Below are positions 20,255 to 28,019 of a stretch of 32,000 bases of DNA, piece after piece (position 1 is the stretch's first letter; each line of letters starts with the position of its first letter). This DNA is from Trichodesmium erythraeum IMS101 (GTDB lineage: Bacteria; Cyanobacteriota; Cyanobacteriia; Cyanobacteriales; Microcoleaceae): contig NC_008312.1 of the NCBI RefSeq assembly GCF_000014265.1, positions 5,190,001 to 5,222,000 of the forward strand, in the 5' to 3' direction. The translations under genes were made by a program, and so were the position numbers. The notes below the pieces were generated by a model. That model was not told the origin of the DNA and searched no databases. It saw only the letters and a program-made list of their open reading frames with translations.

Positions 20255-20554
20255 GTCTCGGACTGCCCACCGGTGACTAATTAGTTAATAATTGCCCAAC
20301 ATTATTATCTAAACTATAAATTGCTTCAGGTCTGGAGGTACTGATGACTTATAACTTAAATGGCCTGAGTGCACTATAGAAAATTTATATTGACAAAAAA
20401 AACTATTTGTGGTTATTGAAAATAAGCTAAAAAATTTTAAATAAATATTAAGATTAAAAAAAAGTTGACTTGAAGACCTAAAATTATGGAAATAATTAAG
20501 AATCTGAGATAATATTGAGTATATATATTTTGTAAAGTAAAACTGTAGCCGTAG

Positions 20555-23176
20555 ATGTCACACTGGGAATTTTTGCTACAGAAAGAGGGTGACCAAACCT
20601 GGCTACCTTTAGAATCAGCCGATGTGGAAATTCTAGAAGGTCGCTATCGTATAGTCGCTAATACTCATATAGCCAATACAGAAGTCCAGATTCGGATTAT
20701 TCACGATTCTACTGAAGAAACTCCACCTGTAAGGCGAGTTCATAGACGTTCTAGTCATACTCGCTCTCAAGGTCTTATGTCTATTATCCCATTTACCCAC
20801 CTCAAGCCTGGTAAATGGGAATTGTGTTGTTTTGCTAAACTAAGCACATCATCACAAGAAGTAAAGCAACATATTGTCCATTTACAAGTATTACCGACTG
20901 AGTATGATAGTTCAGATTTTTCACAACAACTAGAATCAGATAATCAGGAAATATCTATAGTAAAAGATTCTCAAGCAGATCTAAAGGATGTGATTTTTAA
21001 TGAAAATATATCGTTTTTTTCAGGTGAAATAGACATAAATGAAGTCACAATTAATCAAGGGGAAAATGTAGTAAAAAATAATCCTGAATTGTCCAAACGA
21101 GAGATCATCAAATCAGAGGAAATAGGATTATTAGATGCTCAAACTCAAGAGCCATCAAAACTATTATCTGAAGAGTCAGAAAGGATGGAAAATATCACTG
21201 ATTTTCTAGATAGTGGTGAGCAGAAAAAGGTAAATACTCAAAGTAAAAACGAAGAATCCAAGAATATAGAGAATCAATTCAAAGAACTAACTAAAACTCC
21301 AATTAATAACTTGTCAACATTGGGGGAAATTCAGCAAAAAGTAGAGCTAGATCTAAATAAAGAAACAGATGCAGATACTAATACAATTACTACTTCTACT
21401 GTAAATTTTCCTTTAGAGTTAACCTTAGATCAAGAATCTTACATTGCTAAACCAGGAGAAGGATTAATAATATCTGGTGAGATAACTATTGATAGTCAAA
21501 ATCAAAATATTCAATCTAATGAAGGCTTGAATAATCAGCCTTTACAAAATCAAAATAATCTCATAAATGAAGATTCTGCAATTACAGAGAATAATGCCCT
21601 AATAATTAATGGAAGTTTAAAAATTTGTTTGCGTAATCCTCAAAATTCAGAAATTTTAATTGAAGTACAGCAAACTCTACCAGAGCAAGTGGCACCTATT
21701 ATTTTTGCTGGTAGAATTAATATACCGGAAAATATTAAAACTCATCTAATATTAGGGCAAATTACGGTCACAGATCATAAGGATATTCTGGCTAATAAGT
21801 CTTTCACAATTACAGCCCCACTGGAAAGCTGGTTGGCAGCGGTTGATGATGATTTTGTTAAAGATGAGCATCAAGAAATGGTTCCTCCTCAGACAAGTTT
21901 GACTGCAAGAAAGCCAGAGCCAGAAGTTAATTCTTTTCAAAAGTTAGTAGAAACAATTAATCAGAGTCAACTAGAGCAAAAAATAGATAAGGAGCAACCT
22001 TTACCACTACAAGTATGTGGATCTATTACAGGTGAGTCAGATTCTCACAATTTAACATTACCAACGTTTGGAAATCCATTACCGGAGAATATGGCCAAAA
22101 ATGCGGATCAGATTAATGATCTGTTGTCTAAGTCAAATGCTCCTAGAGATTCTGAATTATTAAAATTACCAACATTTGGAAGTCCAGTATCGGAGAAAGT
22201 GGCCAAAAATGCAAATGAAATTAATGATTTGTCGGCTAAGTCCAATACTCCTAATGATCTAGATGAGGTAGATGATGTTTGGGGAGAATCTGAATTTTCT
22301 GAAGGTGAGGCGAGTTTACCACAAGAACAAGAGTCAGACTTGGAAAGTCTTAAGGATAATGAAGCACCTCAGACTAGACCAAATCTTGTGTCTTTTCCTA
22401 CAAAGTTTGATCTGAAAAATAAAGAGCTTCAGGCTTTGAAATTGGAGGATAGATTCTTTTCAAAGGCTTATTCCTTGATTAATGATTCTGAGTTGTTGCA
22501 ATGGATGAGGGCTTCTTCTTTGGAACCAAGTGAGGAAACGGAGAAGGATGAAGAGTTAGAGAGTATATTGAAGTCTAAGGAGAATAAGGTAGAGGAATTG
22601 GAGGATAATGATTCTATAAGTGTAATAGTTGATGATGAGGAATTTGCTAGTGACAATGATGATCAAGTTAATTGGGAAGAACAAGAGTTTGTTGTGGAAG
22701 ATGAACAACTAGAGGAGGTTTTGCCAGACCAAGAGGAGGAATGGAATTTTGGTTTAGCCCATATTGATCAAGAGCAGGATGAATCAATTTCGATACAAAG
22801 TTATATTTTGCCTGAAGAACAATTATTACCAGTTCCTTATTTAGAGGTTTTGGCTAAGGATATTATTGCGGGGCGCTCGGTGAAAGTTAGGGTGAAATTA
22901 CCGGAAGGTTTACCTAGGATTTATGTTAAGATATGGGTTTATGACCGCCAAGCTCAGGCAATAGTAGCGGGGCCACGTTGGTTAACTGATTTTATTCCGA
23001 ATGGAATGGGGGAAATTGAGGCAATTACAGAGTTGGAGATTGTTTATGGTTGTTTGGAGGTTAGGTTTGAGGCGATCGCTGCAGAAGTTCAAACTAACCG
23101 CGAGAGTCATAAAGCAGTTCTTGAATATTTGGTAGCTCCCCCTCCTCCTCCAGAGTTGCCTTTTGATTATTTGTGA
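20555..23176 (+). CDS. Large acidic protein with ordered N- and C-terminal domains and a long low-complexity centre, function unknown
   Basis: 873-aa uninterrupted ORF in an AT-rich genome. The N-terminal ~100 aa and C-terminal ~140 aa look globular and beta-rich. The centre is rich in E, D, N, Q and S. Ends in a PPPPPELPFDYL tail. Confidence 0.8.
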   Translation: MSHWEFLLQKEGDQTWLPLESADVEILEGRYRIVANTHIANTEVQIRIIHDSTEETPPVRRVHRRSSHTRSQGLMSIIPFTHLKPGKWELCCFAKLSTSSQEVKQHIVHLQVLPTEYDSSDFSQQLESDNQEISIVKDSQADLKDVIFNENISFFSGEIDINEVTINQGENVVKNNPELSKREIIKSEEIGLLDAQTQEPSKLLSEESERMENITDFLDSGEQKKVNTQSKNEESKNIENQFKELTKTPINNLSTLGEIQQKVELDLNKETDADTNTITTSTVNFPLELTLDQESYIAKPGEGLIISGEITIDSQNQNIQSNEGLNNQPLQNQNNLINEDSAITENNALIINGSLKICLRNPQNSEILIEVQQTLPEQVAPIIFAGRINIPENIKTHLILGQITVTDHKDILANKSFTITAPLESWLAAVDDDFVKDEHQEMVPPQTSLTARKPEPEVNSFQKLVETINQSQLEQKIDKEQPLPLQVCGSITGESDSHNLTLPTFGNPLPENMAKNADQINDLLSKSNAPRDSELLKLPTFGSPVSEKVAKNANEINDLSAKSNTPNDLDEVDDVWGESEFSEGEASLPQEQESDLESLKDNEAPQTRPNLVSFPTKFDLKNKELQALKLEDRFFSKAYSLINDSELLQWMRASSLEPSEETEKDEELESILKSKENKVEELEDNDSISVIVDDEEFASDNDDQVNWEEQEFVVEDEQLEEVLPDQEEEWNFGLAHIDQEQDESISIQSYILPEEQLLPVPYLEVLAKDIIAGRSVKVRVKLPEGLPRIYVKIWVYDRQAQAIVAGPRWLTDFIPNGMGEIEAITELEIVYGCLEVRFEAIAAEVQTNRESHKAVLEYLVAPPPPPELPFDYL
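22052..22267 (+). repeat. Two tandem 108-nt (36-aa) coding repeats inside the 873-aa ORF
   Basis: LTLPTFGNPLPENMAKNADQINDLLSKSNAPRD versus LKLPTFGSPVSEKVAKNANEINDLSAKSNTPND. The offset is exactly 108 nt. Confidence 0.85.
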
Positions 23177-23691
23177 TTATTTGATTTAGATGTTATTTCT
23201 AAGTTAGTTCTTGGACAAGACCAATTAGTAGCTACTAAAGCAGGCCAACCTTTGCGTAAAGCCTCAATACAAATAGCATGAATTGTTAGTTGACAGTCTA
23301 ACATTTCAACACCTTCTTTTTCAGCCTGCTTCTGACTAATTTTCATTATGGAATCATCATTAAATTCAAAGGTTTTATGACATTGAAGACAAACTAAATG
23401 GTGATGTTTATTAAGGTTGGGGGCACTCATCTCATAATGTTTATGTCCTTCGGCTAGTTCTAGTTCCCTGAGAATACCTACTTTTGTCAATAAATGTAGT
23501 GTTCGATAAACAGTAGACAGACTAATTTGTTCCTTTTGATTTAACAACAGATTATATATTTCTTCTGCACTTAAGTGTTTGCCTTGAGGTAGACGTTGAA
23601 GCACTTGCAGGATAGTTTCCCTTTGAGCAGTTAAACGCCAACCTCTTTGATTTAGTTCAGACTTAAGTGAATCATGATTATAAAATGCCAT
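23167..23691 (-). CDS. furA: Fur-family transcriptional regulator, FurA-type
   Basis: N-terminal winged helix (RLTAQRETILQVL...LSAEEIY...ISLSTVYRTL), HKHYE and HHHLVCLQCHKTFEF metal-binding motifs. Cys101, 104, 133 and 141 fall at the positions I recall for Anabaena FurA. Confidence 0.9.
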   Translation of the reverse strand: MAFYNHDSLKSELNQRGWRLTAQRETILQVLQRLPQGKHLSAEEIYNLLLNQKEQISLSTVYRTLHLLTKVGILRELELAEGHKHYEMSAPNLNKHHHLVCLQCHKTFEFNDDSIMKISQKQAEKEGVEMLDCQLTIHAICIEALRKGWPALVATNWSCPRTNLEITSKSNNHK

Positions 23692-23896
23692 TTTTAAAAT
23701 TATCCAGATTTATTTCTTAAGCAACTTATATAGGAAGACAAGAGTCTAAAATACAAAAGTCAAAAATATCTATGGCTGAGTTTGATAACTTAGAAATTTC
23801 TGTGCCCTTGACTTGAATTGCTATAACTACATATATAAAAAATATATACTTATTGAAAGATTTTTGCAAGAGTTATGGCAGAAGTTATGAACTATA

Positions 23897-23945
23897 AGTC
23901 ATAAATATATGACTGCAAAAGTCATGACTAATTAGTCATATGACT
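23897..23945. promoter_or_regulatory. Cluster of AGTCAT/ATGACT palindromes (candidate operator array or alternative RNA hairpins)
   Basis: Perfect palindromes AGTCATAAATATATGACT (23897-23914), AGTCATGACT (23920-23929), TGACTAATTAGTCA (23925-23938) and AGTCATATGACT (23934-23945). They lie 80 nt upstream of the DUF4212 start codon. Confidence 0.45.
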
Positions 23946-24025
23946 TAGATAATATTATTTAATTAATTACATTTTGGGTAGAAAATCTGATAAAAAGATG
24001 TATTATCACTCAAAAATTTAAAATA

Positions 24026-24313
24026 ATGAATGAAAAACAACGTCGAGCATACTGGCGTGCTAATACATCATTAATTAGAAACTTGCTAATCATTTGGGCA
24101 ATAGTATCAATTGTTTTTAGCATTTTATTAGTTCAACCCTTAAATACTATTCAATTCTTTGGTGTACCCTTGGGTTTTTGGATAGCACAACAAGGTTCAA
24201 TTTATGTGTTTGTAATCTTAATTTTTACATACGCTATTCAAATGGATAAACTTGATAAAAAATATAACATAGACGAACTCAATGAAAAACCTAATACTGA
24301 TGGGAGAGACTAG
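24026..24313 (+). CDS. DUF4212-type small membrane subunit of a sodium:solute symporter
   Basis: 95 aa with two TM segments and the YWRAN...FFGVPLGFWIAQQGSIYVFVILIFTYA pattern. Its stop abuts the next start (TAGATG). Confidence 0.85.
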   Translation: MNEKQRRAYWRANTSLIRNLLIIWAIVSIVFSILLVQPLNTIQFFGVPLGFWIAQQGSIYVFVILIFTYAIQMDKLDKKYNIDELNEKPNTDGRD

Positions 24314-25996
24314 ATGAGTGCAGAAGTATGGACATTGATTTTTGTGGCTGTTTCCTTTACAGGTTATCTCTATATTGGATGGCGATCGCGAGTCAAAGAT
24401 AGTAAAGGTTTTTTTGTAGCGGACCAAAGTGTACCTGCTATTGCTAATGGTGCTGCTACTGGAGCGGACTGGATGTCTGCGGCCTCATTTATTTCAATGG
24501 CAGGGTTAATTTCTTTTTTAGGTTATGATGGTTCGATCTATCTTATGGGATGGACTGGTGGTTATGTACTATTAGCATTACTACTCGCTCCATACCTGCG
24601 GAAGTTTGGCAAATATACAGTACCTGACTTTGTAGGCGATCGCTACTACTCAAATGTTGCCCGTATAGTTGCAGTTATCGCTGCTATCTTCGTATCAATG
24701 ACTTACGTTGCGGGGCAAATGCGGGGTGTTGGTATTGTCTTCAGTCGGTTTTTACAAGTTGACATTGGTACCGGCGTTTTCATTGGGATGATTATAGTTG
24801 CTTTTTTTGCCATCTTAGGTGGGATGAAAGGTATCACTTGGACTCAGGTTGCCCAATATACTGTACTTATTATTGCTTATCTGATTCCAGCTATTGCTAT
24901 TGCTACAGTTATTACTGGTATTCCTATACCTCAATTTGCTTTTACTTTCAGCGATATTGTGGAAAAACTCAATCAAGTTCAGGTAGATTTGGGTTTTGCA
25001 GAATATACCGCAGCTTTTAGCAACAAAACTATGCTTGATGTTTTGTTTATCACTATTGCGTTGATGGTGGGAACTGCTGGTTTACCTCATGTTATTGTTC
25101 GCTTTTACACCGTGCCTGATGTAAGAGCTGCCAGATATTCTGCCGGTTGGGCATTATTATTTATTGCTATTTTGTATACAACTGCTCCTGCCTTAGCTAC
25201 TTTTGCGCGATACAACTTAATTGATAGTTTACACGATAAAACTGTGGAGGAAGTTCAACAGTTAAACTGGGCGACAAAGTGGGAAAATACGGGTTTGTTA
25301 GAATTTACTGATAAAAATAATGATGGTCGCTTTCAACTCACCCCAGATAAAGAAACTAATGAAATTAAAATAGACCGGGATATTATTGTTTTGTCTACCC
25401 CAGAAGTAGCTAAACTTGCTCCTTGGGTAATTGCTTTAGTAGCAGCGGGAGGCTTGGCTGCTGCTTTGTCTACAGCATCAGGTTTGTTGTTGGTAATTTC
25501 TAGTTCCATTGCCCATGATGTTTACTATCGAATGATCGATCCAGGAGCACCGGAGTCACGACGGTTAATTGTAGGACGGATGATGGTAGGATTTTCTATT
25601 GCTATTGCTGGTTACTTTGGGGTTAACCCACCAGGGTTTGTTGCTCAGGTGGTAGCTTTTGCTTTTGGTTTGGCTGCAGCTAGTTTTTTCCCGGTGATTA
25701 TTTTAGGTGTTTTTGATAAACGCACTAACCGGGAAGGAGCGATCGCTGGTATGGTAGTAGGTTTATTGTTTACTACTATTTATATTGTAGGTGTCAAGTT
25801 TGCGGGAATGCCGACATGGTTTTTCGGGGTTTCTGCTGAAGGTATTGGCACTGTGGGGATGGCGTTAAATTTTATTGTGACTTTTATAGTATCTCGGATG
25901 ACACCTCCTCCACCTTTGGAAATACAAGAGATGGTAGAGAATTTACGATCGCCTCTAGCTGTGGCTGTTCCCATTAGGGATATTGGTGAGGAATAG
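24314..25996 (+). CDS. Sodium:solute symporter (SSS) family transporter, large subunit (ActP/VC_2705-like)
   Basis: 560 aa with about 13 TM segments and typical SSS N-terminal motifs (GFFVADQSVPAIANGAATGADWMSAASFISMAG). Translationally coupled to the DUF4212 gene. Confidence 0.92.
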   Translation: MSAEVWTLIFVAVSFTGYLYIGWRSRVKDSKGFFVADQSVPAIANGAATGADWMSAASFISMAGLISFLGYDGSIYLMGWTGGYVLLALLLAPYLRKFGKYTVPDFVGDRYYSNVARIVAVIAAIFVSMTYVAGQMRGVGIVFSRFLQVDIGTGVFIGMIIVAFFAILGGMKGITWTQVAQYTVLIIAYLIPAIAIATVITGIPIPQFAFTFSDIVEKLNQVQVDLGFAEYTAAFSNKTMLDVLFITIALMVGTAGLPHVIVRFYTVPDVRAARYSAGWALLFIAILYTTAPALATFARYNLIDSLHDKTVEEVQQLNWATKWENTGLLEFTDKNNDGRFQLTPDKETNEIKIDRDIIVLSTPEVAKLAPWVIALVAAGGLAAALSTASGLLLVISSSIAHDVYYRMIDPGAPESRRLIVGRMMVGFSIAIAGYFGVNPPGFVAQVVAFAFGLAAASFFPVIILGVFDKRTNREGAIAGMVVGLLFTTIYIVGVKFAGMPTWFFGVSAEGIGTVGMALNFIVTFIVSRMTPPPPLEIQEMVENLRSPLAVAVPIRDIGEE

Positions 25997-26259
25997 TGAG
26001 CAAGGGTTTGGCTCTCTGGCTCTGGTGACGACTGTCTCTAACCGCTGCTAGTCCTCTTTTATGAAACCGTTGGGTTATTGCTTCTTACCATTGCATGCCT
26101 AACCCATTCACTGTTGCTACTTCTTCACTCTTTAAACCTTTGGCCAATAGCCAGATAATATACTACTGAGAGCTTTATACCACATTTCTAGCGCCTGGAT
26201 AGAGCTCCTCTATTTCTTGTACTGCAAATTTGTTCTTTAATGCTCAAACGCTTTCCCAT
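25997..26259 (-). pseudogene. Decayed N-terminal (HTH) fragment of an IS630-like transposase
   Basis: Minus-strand translation gives MGKRLSIKEQ.. and then, in another frame, FAVQEIEELYPGARNVV*SSQ*YIIWLLAKGLKSEEVATVNGLGMQW*EAITQRFHKRGLAAVRDSRHQSQRAKPLLT. This is the HTH/winged-helix pattern of IS630-type transposase N-termini, broken by a frameshift and three stops and truncated at the symporter stop. Confidence 0.5.
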
Positions 26260-26353
26260 TACTTTGAGGCCTAAATATTCCTAGTGACATAGATATAAAT
26301 ATGCTATATAACCGGATTCTATATGAAACGGTATTACCCACTATCATTGATCA

Positions 26354-26547
26354 GGACTTACGCAGAACTATCATATATAGTAGGAGCTTTGCGACGGGAA
26401 AGCCCCATCTGATGGTGTATGATTTACATTGGATTTTGGGTATAAGATGTACTGGGTATACAGTAAAAATTATGTCTTGCAAGCATCTTGGCCTTGTTGG
26501 TGTACTTCACTGACAACGGAAAGCGCTGTAATATTTTGCATAAGTCC
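26354..26547. mobile_element. MITE-like element bounded by GGACTTA(C/T)GCA inverted repeats
   Basis: GGACTTACGCA (26354-26364) and TGCATAAGTCC (26537-26547) are inverted copies matching at 10 of 11 positions, about 190 bp apart. I recall the motif as a dispersed repeat in Nostocales genomes. The element ends 19 nt before the ABC ATPase ATG. Confidence 0.3.
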
Positions 26548-26565
26548 TAATTAATATTGAAACTC

Positions 26566-27576
26566 ATGTCTATTATACTCACTAAAAATTTAAGCAAAGT
26601 CTTTCCAGTAGGTATCAAAGAACCTGGAATTAAAGGAACATTACGTCATTTTCTTCGTCGCCAATATCAATATGTTAAGGCAGTTGAAAATATTTCGTTT
26701 GAAATAGACCCGGGAGAAATAGTAGGGTTTCTTGGACCTAATGGTGCTGGGAAAACTACTACTCTAAAAATGTTGACAGGTTTAATTCATCCATCTAATG
26801 GGGTAGTTAAAGTTGCAGACTATATACCCTTTGAGCGCAAGAGAGAATTTTTACAGCAAATTACTCTAGTCATGGGGCAAAAACAACAGCTAATATGGGA
26901 TTTACCTGTGTTAGACTCCCTAAAAATTAATGCGGCAGTTTATGGTGTTTCCGACAAAGAATATCGTAGACGGTTGATGGAATTCACAGAGATGTTGTCC
27001 TTAGAGGGAAAGTTGAAACAACCAGTTAGGAAGTTATCTTTGGGGGAACGGATGAAGGCAGAGTTAATGGCGGCGTTGTTACATCAGCCACAAGTTTTGT
27101 TTTTGGATGAACCAACTTTAGGTTTAGATGTTAATGCTCAGGTGGCAGTGCGGGAATTTTTGCGGGAATATAATCAACGTTATCAAGCAACGGTGTTATT
27201 GACGAGTCATTATATGGCAGATATTACGGCTTTGTGTAAGCGGGTGTTGCTAATATATCAAGGTGAATTAATTTATGATGGTAGTTTAGATGGTTTACTT
27301 GATCGCTTTGCTCCTTATAGAGAGGTGCAAATAGAATTAATTAATCCTGTGCCTGTAGAAGATGTGAATTTTCATCAATTTTTATCTAATTATGGGGAGG
27401 TAGAATCATTAACAGGTCAGGCAGTACGTTTGTTGGTCCGTCGGGAAAATTTAACTACAACTGTAGCCAAAATTTTGGCAGAATTAGAAGTACAAGATTT
27501 GACAGTAACTGATCCACCTATTGAGAAGATTATTGGTAGAGTTTTTCGCTCAGGGCTGACTACTGAAGTCAAATAA
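26566..27576 (+). CDS. ABC transporter ATP-binding protein (single cassette, ABC-2/COG4586-like)
   Basis: Walker A GPNGAGKTT, Q-loop, signature LSLGERMK, Walker B LFLDEPTLGLD, H-loop TSHYM. The ATG at 26566 is preferred over the TTG at 26557. Confidence 0.9.
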   Translation: MSIILTKNLSKVFPVGIKEPGIKGTLRHFLRRQYQYVKAVENISFEIDPGEIVGFLGPNGAGKTTTLKMLTGLIHPSNGVVKVADYIPFERKREFLQQITLVMGQKQQLIWDLPVLDSLKINAAVYGVSDKEYRRRLMEFTEMLSLEGKLKQPVRKLSLGERMKAELMAALLHQPQVLFLDEPTLGLDVNAQVAVREFLREYNQRYQATVLLTSHYMADITALCKRVLLIYQGELIYDGSLDGLLDRFAPYREVQIELINPVPVEDVNFHQFLSNYGEVESLTGQAVRLLVRRENLTTTVAKILAELEVQDLTVTDPPIEKIIGRVFRSGLTTEVK

Positions 27577-28019
27577 TTAAATAAGACTTACAATTATACT
27601 ATCATAAGAGATATATCAAATTCATTTCTTTATCAGATCAATATTACACACAAGACTGACCTATGTAGATGAGATTACACAACATTTGTATGGGTTAACA
27701 ATTTTTATAATGTCAAATAATTTCCTGAAATTACTGAGCGGGTTAAAGTTTTGAGCTCATAAAATCTTGATGGGTAACTTTTGACTTAGTCTAAAGGTAT
27801 ACTAAGTAGTTGGACATAAATAAACAGCATTATGTTAAGAAATGTAAAATAATGATTTTTTCTATCTGAAAGCTTTATTATATTATTTACAAAACTTTAG
27901 ACAGCAGGGAAAACTTATGTCCCACTACTTATATGTGTTAGTTATGGGTAGAGGTCTGATTAAACTATAATAGAGGTGTATCAGTACAACTATTAAACTT
28001 AATATCAAGGTTGATTATT

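Noticed and set aside
20130-20280. Possible 6S RNA or Yfr1-type small RNA.
   Set aside because: The 5' and 3' ends are not complementary as 6S RNA requires. CCCACTCACA only loosely resembles the Yfr1 ACUCCUCACAC motif. I keep it only as an unassigned structured element.
23692-24025. Looked for a classical Fur box (GATAATGATAATCATTATC-like) for furA autoregulation.
   Set aside because: I could not find a convincing match by eye. The AGTCAT palindromes do not resemble Fur boxes, so I do not call them Fur sites.
26301-26513. 70-aa plus-strand ORF from the ORF track.
   Set aside because: It overlaps the MITE-like repeat, has no Shine-Dalgarno sequence, and its translation shows no recognisable motif. 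It is most likely a chance ORF in repeat debris.
13256-28019. Non-ATG starts proposed by the ORF track: TTG 13256 (GNAT), GTG 6888 (coiled-coil), TTG 26557 (ABC ATPase), TTG 28011 (RTX), and TTG 15431 and 16662 (dioxygenases).
   Set aside because: In each case an in-frame ATG or GTG a few codons downstream has better Shine-Dalgarno spacing or a more plausible N-terminus. For the dioxygenases the TTG overlaps the GGAGG itself. The choice remains uncertain without experimental data.
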